64,000 nt of DNA from an uncultured Solirubrobacterales bacterium (GCA_963813115.1 CAWEXS010000001.1:477845-541844); one strand, 5' to 3'. Shown: positions 8,737-18,862, counted from the stretch's first letter. A program made the numbers and translations. The notes: generated by a model not told the origin, from the letters alone.

Positions 8737-9285
8737 ATGTCCTTCTCCAACATCAACCGCGTGGTGCTCGTGGGTCGTCTCACGCGCGATCCGGAGCTGA
8801 GGGCGCTGCCCTCCGGTCAGAGCGTTTGCGGGTTGCGGGTGGTCTGCAACGGCACGCGCCGCGACGCCGACGGCACCTATCAGGGGCGACCGAACTACTT
8901 CGACGTGAGCGTTTTCGGCGCCCAGGCCGAGAACGTCAGCCGCTACACCCGACGGGGCAGCCTGCTCGCCATCGACGGGCGGCTGGAGTGGCGCGAGTGG
9001 GAAACCGCCGAGCAGCAGCGTCGCCAGACGGTGAGCATCGTGGCCGACAGCATCCAGTTCCTGGAAAGCGCCCACGCAACCGATCGCGGTGGGGAGGATG
9101 ACAGCGGCGGCGCAAGTGGCGGTGTGACTGGTAGCGCGGGCGACGGCGACGGCGACGGCAAAGGCGACAGGGACGGGGATCGCGACGGGGATCGCGGTGG
9201 CGACGGGGACGGCGGTGGTGCGGAGGACGACGGGGAGCCCGCCCCGGCCTCCGGGGCTCGTGCTGAGCAGGCGCTCGTCTTCTGA
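8737..9285 (+). CDS. ssb: Single-stranded DNA-binding protein (probably a second copy)
   Basis: 'NINRVVLVGRLTRDPELR' OB fold; AAGGAG RBS before ATG8737; Gly/Asp-rich tail. Confidence 0.92.
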   Translation: MSFSNINRVVLVGRLTRDPELRALPSGQSVCGLRVVCNGTRRDADGTYQGRPNYFDVSVFGAQAENVSRYTRRGSLLAIDGRLEWREWETAEQQRRQTVSIVADSIQFLESAHATDRGGEDDSGGASGGVTGSAGDGDGDGKGDRDGDRDGDRGGDGDGGGAEDDGEPAPASGARAEQALVF

Positions 9286-9394
9286 GATCCCGGCGATAGA
9301 GAACGCGGGGGCGGCAGCGCGCCGGGGTGGATCGCGCCGGGCCGCGCCGGGCTGAAGGGCTCGCGCGCGTTGCAAGGCGTAGACTGCCGCCTCC

Positions 9395-9434
9395 GAGTCA
9401 CCAGCATCGAATCACCCGCATTGAGTCACCAGCA
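9395..9434 (+). repeat. Three 14-bp-period direct repeats ahead of the MaoC operon
   Basis: GAGTCACCAGCA (9395), GAATCACCCGCA (9409), GAGTCACCAGCA (9423). Confidence 0.8.
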
Positions 9435-9468
9435 CTTTGTCCCGTGCGCACGCAAGGAGACCCAACCG

Positions 9469-9912
9469 TTGCCAGTCAATACGCAAGCGATCGGTAAGAA
9501 CTACGAGCCCACGCTCTACGCGGTGGGCCGTGAGAAGATCAAGGAGTACGCCCGCGCCGTGGGCGAGAGCAACCCGCGTGCACCTCGACGTCGAGGCGGC
9601 CCGTGCGGCCGGCTACGCCGATGTCGTTGCGCCGCCGATGTTCGCCGTCGTCTACTGCGCCCCCTCGGTCGGGCCGCCCGATCTTCGACCCCGAGATCGA
9701 GCTGAACTTCGCGATGATGGTCCACGGCGGCCAGGAGTTCGAGTGGGGTCCCGTGGTCGTCGCCGGCGACGAGATCACCACGACTGCCAGCGTCAAGGAC
9801 ATCTCCGAAGCGCGACGGCCGCGGCTACTACGTCTTCGAGTCAGTCTCCACCAATCAGCGCGGCGAGCAGGTCTGTCGCGGGACGTGGACCAACATCGTG
9901 CGAGGAGTGTGA
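9469..9912 (+). CDS. MaoC-like dehydratase subunit (HadA/FAS1-like), split by about 3 frameshifts
   Basis: Fragments in successive frames: 'VGREKIKEYARAVGESNP', 'VHLDVEAARAAGYADVVAPPMF', 'MMVHGGQEFEW', 'TWTNIVRGV*'. Confidence 0.75.
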
Positions 9913-9917
9913 GCACC

Positions 9918-10312
9918 ATGGCCGACCTTCAGGCGGGAACCCGATTCCCGAGGTGCGCGATCACGCCCGACAAGTATCCTCACGGTCCGCTACGCCGGGG
10001 CCTCCGGGGACTACAACCCGATCCACATCGACGAGGAGTTCGCTCGCGCGGTAGGGCTGCCCGGACGCATCCTGCACGGTCTCTGGAGCATGGCCCAGGT
10101 GGCGCGCGCGCAGACCGAGGCCGCCGGTGGGCCCGAGCACCTCAAGCGACTCGCCGTGCAGTTCCGCGGCATGGGCTGTGCCCGAGCAGGAGGTGCGTCG
10201 TCACCGGCACCGTCCGCGAGCGTCGCCGAGGGACACGCGATCGATCGACACCGTGGCCGAGCAGGACGGCAAGCAGATCATCCGCAACGCCGAGGCCGAG
10301 CTGACGATCTAG
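9918..10312 (+). CDS. MaoC-family dehydratase (HadB-like), multiply frameshifted
   Basis: 'YAGASGDYNPIHIDEEFARAVGLPGRILHGLWSM' hydratase motif; pieces lie in several frames. Confidence 0.75.
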
Positions 10313-10432
10313 CTTTTGCCGGCGATCTAGCCGCAGTTCCCGTAGTTCCCAGGAGGGTTCGTCCGCGGGCGGGCCCCGCGCAGGTGCGGCGGGTGGCTGT
10401 TTGCCCGCCCACCCTGCCCTACAATCAGATCC

Positions 10433-11460
10433 ATGCTGACACCGCCGCCAGGAGCTGATCCTGTGGAACGTCGTCGACGGCTACCTGCGCAGCGGTCAGC
10501 CCGTGGCCTCCAAGGTGATCGCCGCCGACCCCGAGCTTGACTGCGCGGCCTCCACCGTTCGCAACGAGTTGGCGCTGCTGGAGGAGTACGGGCTGCTGGC
10601 CCACCCCCACACCTCCGCCGGGCGGGTGCCCACCGACGCCGGGCACCGCTACGTGGTCGATCGCATGCTCTGCACCGGTCAGGGGCTCGTCGCCGCGCCC
10701 CGACCCCAGCTGTCGCTGACCCGTCGCGAAGTGGAGGACGCGATGCGGTCGACCACCGAGACCCTCTCGCAGGTCACCAACCTGCTGGCCGTCGTCTCCG
10801 CGCCCTCGCTCAACACCGCCACCATCCGCCACCTCGAGGTGCTCGTCGCTCCAGCCGCAGGTGGTGATGGTCGTGATCATCACCTCGACCGGAGGCGTCT
10901 CCAAGATGCTGGCCACCTTCGAGGGGCCCGTCGACCCCGGCCTGGTGACCTGGGCCGGGGAGTTCTCAACGAGCGCCTACAGGGTCTCGGGCTGGGCACC
11001 CGCATGCTCCAACAGCGACTCTCGAGCCCACGCTCTCGGGCACCGAGCGGGCGTTCCTCGATCGACTTGCACCCGCCTTCAGCCAGCTGGCTCCTGGGAG
11101 TCGGAGGACACCATTTACGTCGAGGGCGCCGCGCGTCTGCTCTCGGAGGTTCCGCTCGCCGACGTCACCCAGATCAACGAGCTTTGGAGTCTGCTCGAGC
11201 GGCGCGTGGTACTGCTCGGCGTACTGCGCTCAGCGCTCGGCGAGCCCGGCGTATACGTACGCATCGGCCAGGAGAACGAGATCCCCGCAATGCGCTCGAT
11301 GGCGCTCGTCGCGGCGAGCTATGGTGTGGCCCAGCGCAAGCTCGGCGCCGTCTCGGTCATCGGTCCGGTGAGCATGAACTACGCGCACGCCATCCCGATG
11401 GTCCGCGACATCGCCCACGAGCTGTCGCGGTTCCTTGAAGACGCCTACGCCGAGAGCTGA
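10433..11460 (+). CDS. hrcA: Heat-inducible transcription repressor HrcA (frameshifted in this sequence)
   Basis: '[32 protein letters not shown]', '[14 protein letters not shown]'; immediately upstream of dnaJ. Confidence 0.88.
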
Positions 11461-11471
11461 ACACCAACCCC

Positions 11472-12597
11472 ATGCCGCGTGATCCCTACGAGGTGCTCGG
11501 CGTCGAGCGCGACGCCAACGAGCAGCAGGTAAAGAAGGCCTTTCGCGGCCTGGCGCGCGAACTGCACCCCGATGTCAACGCGCACGACCCCCAGGCCGAG
11601 GAGAAGTTCAAGGAGGCCGCCGAGGCCTACGAGATCCTCTCAGACCCCGAGCGCCGCGCCACCTATGACCGCTACGGCCACGACGGCTTGCGCTCCGGCG
11701 GGCAGGCCCCCAACTTCGACGGCTTCGGGTCGATCAGCGATCTCTTCGAGACCTTCTTCGGCGGGCAGGCCGGTTTCGGGGGCAGGGGCGGTGGGCCCGC
11801 GGCCGGAGGTGACGTGGCGGTCGCCGTCGAGATCGACCTGGTGGAGGCCGCGCGGGGCAAGCAGGTCAACGTCGCCTTCGAGGCCGTCGAGCGCTGCGAG
11901 CACTGTCATGGCAACGGCGCCGAGCCCGGCACCCCGATCGAGACCTGCAAACGCTGTGGCGGGGCGGGGCAGCTGCAGGCCATGACCCGCACGCCCTTCG
12001 GTCAGATGGTCCGCACGATCGCCTGCGATGTCTGTCACGGCGACGGGCGCATACCCAAGCAGCCCTGTCGCGACTGTCGCGGGCGCGGTCGGCGGTCGGC
12101 CCGCGCTCGAGGTCGAGGTCGACGTGCCCTCCGGCATCTCAGACGGCCAGCGCATCCGGGTCGGCGGGCGCGGCCACGCCGGTGAAGCCGGTGCTCCGGC
12201 GGGCGACCTGTATGTGCACGTCAGCGTGCGCGCCGACGAGCGCTTCGTGCGTCAGGGCGACGATCTGATCACCGCGCTGGACGTGCCCGCGCCGCTGGCG
12301 GCGATCGGCAGCACCCAGGAGGTGCCGACGCTGGAGGGCACCTCCGCTGTCGAGATTCCCGCCGGGACACAGCCGGGCGACGTGCTCACCCTGCGCGGCC
12401 AGGGCATGCCCGGCTTGCGACGCGGCGCCCAGGGTGACCTGCGGGTGGTCGTCAACGTGCTGATTCCCCGGCGGCTCAGCGCCGAGCAGCGGGAGCTGCT
12501 GGAGCGCTTCAACGAGACCCTCACCGCGGAGAACCTGAGCACCGAGGAATCGATGTTCGCCAAGCTCCGCCGCGCCCTGCGTAGCCAGGCCGCGTGA
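11472..12597 (+). CDS. dnaJ: Chaperone DnaJ (one frameshift near 12100)
   Basis: J domain with HPD, CxxCxGxG zinc repeats, C-terminal domain in the second frame. Confidence 0.92.
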
Positions 12598-13463
12598 TCC
12601 GCCTCGCGCTGCGCGTCCGCCGCGAGGATGCCGAGCTGGTGCTCTCCGAGCTGCTCGAACTGGCTCCCGCCGGGGTGGAGGAGACCGAGCTGGACGGCCG
12701 GGTGGTCGAGTACGCGGTCTACGGGGCGCCCGGCGAGCTGCCCGAGCTACCCGACCTGCGCGCCGCCGCCGGGCGGAGCCCTGGTCGAGATCTCTACCAG
12801 CGAGATCCCCGACGACTGGTCGGAGCGCTGGAAGGCCTTTCACCGCCCGGTGCTGCTCGAGGCCGTCCCGGGCGCGCCGGATGTGGCGCTGCACGTACGT
12901 CCGCCTTGGGAGGGGCCCAGCGAGCGCCCCGGCGTGCAGGAGATCGTGATCGACCCCGGTCAGGCGTTCGGCACCGGCGCCCACGCGACCACCCGTCTCT
13001 GCCTGGAGCTGCTGCTGGAGTTGGCCGCGGCGCTCCCCGAGCGTGGCCCACTGCTCGACATAGGGACCGGCTCCGGGGTGTTGGCGATCGCCGGGTCGCG
13101 TCTGCGCTTCGCGCCCGTGCTCGGCCTCGATCACGAGCGCGAGAGCGTGCAGGCCACCCGCGAGAACGCCGCGGTCAACGCTGTCAATTTGGAGGCGCGA
13201 CACTGGGATCTGCGCAGCGAGGAGCTGCCCTGGATCGGGAGGGGGAGCCCCATCCGACCGTCGTCGTCGCCAACCTGCTGCGCCCCCTGCTGCTGGAGTT
13301 GGCCGCCGGCATGACCCTGGCGCCACCGCACCTGCTGGCCAGCGGACTGCTCGTGGCCGAGGTCGACGAGGTGGTGAGCGCCTTCGCGGAGCATCTGGGG
13401 CTGCGCGAGCGCGAACGGCGCACAAGCGGCGAGTGGGCGGCCGTCTGGCTTACCAGGGTCTAG
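12594..13463 (+). CDS. prmA: Ribosomal protein L11 methyltransferase (frameshifted)
   Basis: 'DWSERWKAFHRP', 'IDPGQAFGTGAHATT', 'LLDIGTGSGVLAI'; dnaJ-prmA synteny. Confidence 0.85.
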   Translation: MIRLALRVRREDAELVLSELLELAPAGVEETELDGRVVEYAVYGAPGELPELPDLRAAAGRSPGRDLYQRDPRRLVGALEGLSPPGAARGRPGRAGCGAARTSALGGAQRAPRRAGDRDRPRSGVRHRRPRDHPSLPGAAAGVGRGAPRAWPTARHRDRLRGVGDRRVASALRARARPRSRARERAGHPRERRGQRCQFGGATLGSAQRGAALDREGEPHPTVVVANLLRPLLLELAAGMTLAPPHLLASGLLVAEVDEVVSAFAEHLGLRERERRTSGEWAAVWLTRV

Positions 13464-13474
13464 CGCCAGACCCT

Positions 13475-13542
13475 CCTAGCCGGGTATCCCGCTCTGCTGA
13501 CCCTAGGCCGGGTCCTCCGCTCTGCTGACCCTAGGCCGGGTC
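13475..13542. repeat. About 2.5 tandem copies of a 27-28 bp unit at the prmA/amidohydrolase convergence
   Basis: CCTAG(G)CCGGGT...CCGCTCTGCTGAC repeated. Confidence 0.85.
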
Positions 13543-14678
13543 GGGTCGCTCGGTGGCGGCCTTGATGACCGAGCGGTAGAGCAGGTCGATCGCCCGGGGA
13601 CCCCACGAGCATCGGGGACGCGCAGCAGCTCGCGGGAGCCGCCAAGCGCGCTCCCCATCACCTCCAGGGCCTCGCCCACGTCGCCCGGCTCGGGGTCTCG
13701 GCAGGCCGCCATCGCCATTTCGAGCATCGCGACCGCCGCGTCCATGACGCCCCCGAAGAGCGCCGGGCCGGTCAGGCTGCCATAGCCGTACACCCGCGCC
13801 AGGCGCCCGGAGAGCGTGATCGAACGTCTCCCTCTAGGCGGCTTGGGGGCCGGTAGCCCGCGCCCGTCGATCAGTCCCGCCATCGTCTCGCCCAACAGAC
13901 CCCTGACGGCTGTCTCATCCAATCCCACGTAGGCGGCGGCGCGCAGCGCCATGTAGAGGCTGCTGGACGGGAACCCGTACGGCGGGTCCGAGGCGAACAC
14001 GATGCGCTCGGCCGGGACCCGCGCGAACAGCTCCAGCACGTCGATCGGGAAGAAGCAGGAGATGTCGTAGAGCACGCCGGGATGGTCTGCCAGACGCGAG
14101 GTCAGGATCCCCTGGTCGCAGATCGCCCCGTGGGCCAGGATCAGCACCACCTCGGGGTGGCGCAGGGCGAGGTTCGCCAGACCGTCGGCGATCGGCGGCA
14201 TGCCGCGTCCCGCGTGGATCAGGATCGGCACGTCGGCTTCGCCCGCCAGCGAGAAGATCGAGTCCATCTCGGGGCCGTCGAAGGAGAACGCCTGGGCGCG
14301 GGGATGCAGCTTGATGCCCCTGGCTCCCGCCGCGAGCGCTCGCTCGCCCTCCGCGCGCGCGTCTTCGGCGGGGTCCAGCCGGCAGAACGGGATCAGTCGA
14401 CCGTCGCTTTCGGCGGCCCAGCCGAGCACACGGTCGTTGGGCACCCGGTAGGCGGGGTGGCGCTCGGGGTCGTGCAGCGGGAACACGCAGGCCCGGCGCG
14501 CACCGGCGCCGTCGAGCTGCTCCAGCAATGCCGGCAGGCTGAGCGAGCGCCCATCCTCGTCCAGCCCCAGGTGCGTGTGAGCGTCGAAGACTTCCGCATC
14601 CGCCGGGCGCAGGGTCTGCACCTCAGCCTCGAAGGGCGCAAGCGCGGTGGCATAGATCGACTGAGGGGAGCGGTCCAT
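13503..14678 (-). CDS. Amidohydrolase-2 family metal-dependent hydrolase
   Basis: 'FDAHTHLG', 'GARGIKLHP', 'ILIHAG', 'ILAHG', 'IVFASDPPYG'; the natural C-terminus may be in another frame ending at 13531. Confidence 0.85.
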   Translation of the reverse strand: MDRSPQSIYATALAPFEAEVQTLRPADAEVFDAHTHLGLDEDGRSLSLPALLEQLDGAGARRACVFPLHDPERHPAYRVPNDRVLGWAAESDGRLIPFCRLDPAEDARAEGERALAAGARGIKLHPRAQAFSFDGPEMDSIFSLAGEADVPILIHAGRGMPPIADGLANLALRHPEVVLILAHGAICDQGILTSRLADHPGVLYDISCFFPIDVLELFARVPAERIVFASDPPYGFPSSSLYMALRAAAYVGLDETAVRGLLGETMAGLIDGRGLPAPKPPRGRRSITLSGRLARVYGYGSLTGPALFGGVMDAAVAMLEMAMAACRDPEPGDVGEALEVMGSALGGSRELLRVPDARGVPGRSTCSTARSSRPPPSDPTRPRVSRAEDPA

Positions 14679-14703
14679 GTGCACTGCACCTTATTGTGCG
14701 TGT

Positions 14704-15996
14704 ATGGCTTGGCACGTTGTGATCGCCGGTGGCGGCTTCGGTGGCTTTTACGCCGCCCGCACCCTCGAAAAGGTGCTGCCCCCGCACAGCACGCGGGTGA
14801 CGCTGATCAACGAGGCCAACTTCATGCTCTACACACCGCTGTTGCCGGGGGCCGCTGGGGCCACGCTTGACCCGCGCCATGTGATCGTCCCGCTGCGCTC
14901 CCAGCTGCGGCGCACCGACCTCGTGATCGGGCGGGTCACTGCCGCCGACCCCGCCGCGCGCACGCTCGCGGTTCGTCGGATCGACGGCGAGCACCTCAAG
15001 CTCGACTACGACCAGCTGATCGTCGCGTTGGGCTCGGTCTCGCGGACCCTGCCGATTCCCGGCCTGGCCGAGCACGCGATCGGCTTCAAGTCGCTCTCGG
15101 ACGCCACCGCGCTGCGCAACCAGGTGCTGAGCGCCCTGGACATCGCGGAGTCGCTGGAGGACCCCGAGCAGCGCGCCGAGTACCTCGGCTTTGTGTTCGT
15201 GGGAGCCGGCTACGCGGGTCTGGAGGGGCTCGCCGAGCTTCAGGACTTCGCGGCCCAGGTGATCGACCTCTACCCCCGCTGTCGTGCCGACGGGATGCGC
15301 TGGGTGCTCGTGGAGGCGCGCGAGCGAATCATGCAGGAGATGTCGCCCAGCCTCTCCGAGTTCGCCGCGCGCGAGCTGCGTGGGCGCGGCATCGAGGTCA
15401 TGACGAGCACCACCATCGAGGAGATCACCGATCGCAGCGCCACGCTCTCCACGGGCGAGGCGATCAGGGCCCGCACCGTGGTCTGGACCGCCGGGGTGAA
15501 GCCCAGCCCGGCGGTGGCGCGCCTGGGATTGCCCCTGGAGGGCGGCGGTCGGCTGGCGGTGGACCGCATGCTGCGCGTCGAGGGCCACCCCGGAGTCTGG
15601 GCGCTGGGTGACTGTGCCGCGGTGCCCGACCCCGCCAGACGCGGACAGCCGTGCCCTCCGACCGCCCAGCACGCCATCCGTCAGGGTCGGCTGGTGGCCC
15701 GCAACGTGGCCGCCACGCTCGGCAGCGGCAAGCTGCGCCCGTTTCGCTACCGCACCGCCGGGGTGGTCGCCGAGTTGGGTCACAACGAGGCCGTAGCGAT
15801 CACGCTGGGCATCCGCTGGCGGGGACTGCCGGCATGGTTCATCGCCCGCACCTACCACCTGCTGCTGATGCCCGGTCTGGGCCGCAAGTTGCGACTGTTG
15901 ATCGACTGGAACGTCGCGCTGCTGTTCGGACGCGACGCCTCCGCGCCGGGGCGTCTGGGCAGCCCGACGCCACTTGAGCACGGCGAGGAGAGCTGA
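14704..15996 (+). CDS. Type II NADH dehydrogenase-like NAD(P)/FAD oxidoreductase
   Basis: GGGFGG, 'FVFVGAGYAGLE', 'WALGDCA', 'PPTAQHA'. Confidence 0.9.
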   Translation: MAWHVVIAGGGFGGFYAARTLEKVLPPHSTRVTLINEANFMLYTPLLPGAAGATLDPRHVIVPLRSQLRRTDLVIGRVTAADPAARTLAVRRIDGEHLKLDYDQLIVALGSVSRTLPIPGLAEHAIGFKSLSDATALRNQVLSALDIAESLEDPEQRAEYLGFVFVGAGYAGLEGLAELQDFAAQVIDLYPRCRADGMRWVLVEARERIMQEMSPSLSEFAARELRGRGIEVMTSTTIEEITDRSATLSTGEAIRARTVVWTAGVKPSPAVARLGLPLEGGGRLAVDRMLRVEGHPGVWALGDCAAVPDPARRGQPCPPTAQHAIRQGRLVARNVAATLGSGKLRPFRYRTAGVVAELGHNEAVAITLGIRWRGLPAWFIARTYHLLLMPGLGRKLRLLIDWNVALLFGRDASAPGRLGSPTPLEHGEES

Positions 15997-16017
15997 GCGG
16001 CGTATCCTGAAGTTTGG

Positions 16018-16449
16018 ATGAGCGCGATCGACGACATCAAGGGCGACCTGAAGAACGCGATGCGGGCCGGCGAGAAGGAGCGCGTCGGTGCGCTGCGGCT
16101 GGTGCTCTCGGAGCTACAGAAGTCCGCCAAGGACGGTTCGGCAGACGAGCTGACCGTGCTGCGCCGCGAGCGCAAGCGCCGCCTGGAGGCCGCCCGCGCC
16201 TACACCGACGCCGGGCGCGCGGAGCTGGCGGCGACCGAGGAGTCCGAAGCCGCGCTGATCGCCACCTACCTGCCGGCCGAGCTGTCCGATGCCGAGCTGG
16301 AGGCGATCGTCGAGCAGGCCGTGCGCGACAGCGGGGCCGCCGGCGTGAAGGACATGGGGGGCGCCATGAAGGCCGCCATGGCCGTCGTGGACGGACGCGC
16401 CGACGGCAAGCGGGTCTCGGGGTTGATCCGGGCGGCGCTGGCCGGATGA
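16018..16449 (+). CDS. GatB/YqeY domain protein
   Basis: '[18 protein letters not shown]', '[11 protein letters not shown]', 'KDMGGAMK'. Confidence 0.9.
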   Translation: MSAIDDIKGDLKNAMRAGEKERVGALRLVLSELQKSAKDGSADELTVLRRERKRRLEAARAYTDAGRAELAATEESEAALIATYLPAELSDAELEAIVEQAVRDSGAAGVKDMGGAMKAAMAVVDGRADGKRVSGLIRAALAG

Positions 16450-17438
16450 GGACTCAGGTCGAGCTGCCCAACGAGGTCGCGGCCGAGCTTTCCGGTACCG
16501 AGGACGCGGTGTTGCGGGCACTCGAGAGCCAGCTCAGCTGCCGGGTCTTCCTGCGCGGCAATCTGCTCACACTGGACGGCGAGGAGCAAGCGACCCGCGA
16601 CGGCGAGCGGGTGGTGCGCGAGCTATCCCAGCTGGTCTCGCGCGGCCATCAGCTGAGCCCCGGCACGATCTCCGCGGTGACCGGGGCTCTGGAAGCGGAC
16701 GAGTCGCCCGCACGGGTGCTGGAGGACGTGGTGTGGCGTCATCGCGGCCTGCGAGTCGCCCCCAAGACGGTCAACCAGAAGCGCTACGTGGACAGCATCC
16801 GCGACAGCACCATCACTTTCGGCGTCGGCCCCGCCGGTACCGGCAAGACCTTCCTCGCGGTCGCCATGGCCGCGGCGGCGCTCTCCCACAACCAGGTCAA
16901 CCGCATCATCCTCACCCGCCCCGCGGTGGAGGCCGGCGAGCGGCTGGGCTTCCTGCCGGGCGACCTGATGGCGAAGGTCGATCCCTATCTGCGCCCGCTG
17001 TTCGATGCCCTACACGACATGCTCGACCCGGAGAAGGTCTCGGGCTACATCGAGCGCGGCGTGATCGAGATCGCGCCCCTGGCGTTCATGCGCGGACGCA
17101 CCCTGAACGACTCCTTCGTGATCCTCGACGAGGCCCAGAACACCACGCCCGAGCAGATGAAGATGTTCCTCACCCGCCTTGGCTTCGGCTCGCGGATGGT
17201 CGTCACGGGCGATGTCACCCAGGTGGATCTGCCGCGCGAGCAGCAGTCGGGCCTGATCGTGGTCGGCGACGTGCTGGAGTCGATCGAGGGCATCGACTTC
17301 GTGCGCTTCGGCGGGGAGGACGTGGTGCGCCACAAGCTCGTGCAGCGCATCGTGGAGGCCTATGACGTGCACGACCAGCGCGGCGCGCCGGAGCTGCGTA
17401 CTGCCGACCTGCGTACTGCCGACCTGCGTCGCGCCTGA
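16446..17438 (+). CDS. phoH: PhoH-family ATPase
   Basis: GPAGTGKT, '[19 protein letters not shown]', 'DEAQNTT', 'GDVTQVDL'; ATGA overlap. Confidence 0.93.
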   Translation: MRTQVELPNEVAAELSGTEDAVLRALESQLSCRVFLRGNLLTLDGEEQATRDGERVVRELSQLVSRGHQLSPGTISAVTGALEADESPARVLEDVVWRHRGLRVAPKTVNQKRYVDSIRDSTITFGVGPAGTGKTFLAVAMAAAALSHNQVNRIILTRPAVEAGERLGFLPGDLMAKVDPYLRPLFDALHDMLDPEKVSGYIERGVIEIAPLAFMRGRTLNDSFVILDEAQNTTPEQMKMFLTRLGFGSRMVVTGDVTQVDLPREQQSGLIVVGDVLESIEGIDFVRFGGEDVVRHKLVQRIVEAYDVHDQRGAPELRTADLRTADLRRA

Positions 17439-17447
17439 GACAGTCGG

Positions 17448-17849
17448 GTGGCGATCGAGGTCGAGGTCTTTGGCGCCGCGCAGGTTGCCGGGGCGCCCCC
17501 ACGTGAGGAGATCGAGCGCCTCTGTGTGCTCACCACCGCCGCGGCCGCGATCGACGAGGGTCATCTCGCGATCGAGTTCGTCGACGCCGAGCGCATCGCC
17601 CGGCTCAACGCCCAGCACCGCGGCAAGCAGGGCCCGACCGACGTGCTGAGCTTCCCGATCGACGAAGCCGCTCCCTCCGACGGCTCGCCCCGGGAGTTGG
17701 GCGACATCGTGATCTGTCCCGAGCACACCGCGGATCTTCGCGAGGCGGTGGTGCACGGCGCCCTGCACCTGCTCGGGTTCGACCACGAGGTCGACGACGG
17801 TGAGATGCTCACCGTTCAGGCCGAGATCCTCGCCGAGGCGTCGCGATGA
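17448..17849 (+). CDS. ybeY: rRNA maturation endoribonuclease YbeY
   Basis: 'PTDVLSFP', 'LGDIVIC', HGALHLLGFDH. Confidence 0.93.
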   Translation: MAIEVEVFGAAQVAGAPPREEIERLCVLTTAAAAIDEGHLAIEFVDAERIARLNAQHRGKQGPTDVLSFPIDEAAPSDGSPRELGDIVICPEHTADLREAVVHGALHLLGFDHEVDDGEMLTVQAEILAEASR

Positions 17850-18727
17850 CGCGCAGCGGGTTCGTGGCCCTGGCCGGTAGGCCGAACGTCGGCAAGTCCA
17901 CGCTCGTCAACGCCGTCGTCGGCGGCAAGGTGGCGATCGTCTCAGACCGTCCGCAGACGACCCGCCGTGCGATCAGGGGAGTGCTCACCGCGGGCGACTG
18001 CCAGATGGTGCTCGTGGATCTCCCCGGCGTCCAGCGCCCGCGCGACGCGCTCACCTCGCGCATGGCTCGACGGGTGCAGCACGAGCTCGAGGAATCCGAC
18101 GCCGCGCTGCTGGTGCTCAACGCCGAGCAGGGGGTGGGACCCGGCGATCGTTTCATCGCGCAGGCCCTCGCAACCGCACGTACGCCCGTGACGATCGCCG
18201 TCAACAAGGTAGACCGTCTGGCTCGAGCCGCGACGATGGCAGTGCTCCAGGAGGCCTCCGAACTACAGGTGGGGGATGAGATCTTTCCCATCTCTGCGCG
18301 CACCGGGGTCGGCGTGGCGCCTCTGATCGAGCATCTTTCGGCCCTGCTGCCGGAGGGGCCGTTCATGTTTGCGGCGGGTGAGCGCTCCGACCAGTCGCGC
18401 GAGGTGCTGCTGGCCGAGCTGATCAGGGAGGCCGTGATCAGGCGTACCTTCAACGAGGTGCCCCACGCCGTCGAGGTGATGATCGAGGAGATCGAGAGCC
18501 TGCGCGCGGACCTCGTGAGGGTCCGGGCATTGATCTGGGTCGAGACCGATTCACAGAAAGGCATTCTCGTGGGTGCCGGAGGCCGCATGGTCAAGGCGGT
18601 CGGTATTGCCGCGCGGCGTGAGCTACAGCGTGAGCTGGGCTGTCAGGTGCACCTCGACGTCTCGGTGCGTGTGCGTCGCGATTGGCGAGCCGACGACGGT
18701 TTGCTGGACCGTCTCGGCATCGACTGA
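17846..18727 (+). CDS. era: GTPase Era
   Basis: GRPNVGKS, 'PQTTR', 'NKVD', KH domain 'SQKGILVG'. Confidence 0.95.
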   Translation: MTRSGFVALAGRPNVGKSTLVNAVVGGKVAIVSDRPQTTRRAIRGVLTAGDCQMVLVDLPGVQRPRDALTSRMARRVQHELEESDAALLVLNAEQGVGPGDRFIAQALATARTPVTIAVNKVDRLARAATMAVLQEASELQVGDEIFPISARTGVGVAPLIEHLSALLPEGPFMFAAGERSDQSREVLLAELIREAVIRRTFNEVPHAVEVMIEEIESLRADLVRVRALIWVETDSQKGILVGAGGRMVKAVGIAARRELQRELGCQVHLDVSVRVRRDWRADDGLLDRLGID

Positions 18728-18862
18728 CAACCGCTGTTCAAAAGGTTAACCCAGTGCCGAATCTATGGAACAGTTCGCTCTAGCACTGCAGAGTTGTGAT
18801 GTTTTCGATACGGTCCGTGAATTGAGTCGGATGGTTTGTGCGAGAGGGATCATCGGGGATAA

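Larger units (their letters stand above)
5333..9285 (+). mobile_element. Mobilisation-like cassette (hypothetical + T4CP + MOB_C-type relaxase + SSB); no integrase, Rep or MPF genes in the window
   Basis: Four co-oriented, closely spaced genes with conjugative DNA-processing signatures, between a TetR gene and the core MaoC/hrcA locus. Confidence 0.6.

Noticed and set aside
10313-10432. CIRCE element upstream of hrcA-dnaJ
   Set aside because: No TTAGCACTC-N9-GAGTGCTAA match found by eye. The TAGCACT at about 18781 lacks the second half-site.
9570-13620. Programmed ribosomal frameshifting or true pseudogenes in MaoC/hrcA/dnaJ/prmA
   Set aside because: Too many indels at irregular sites, no slippery heptamers, and they are confined to one block; sequencing error is the simpler explanation.
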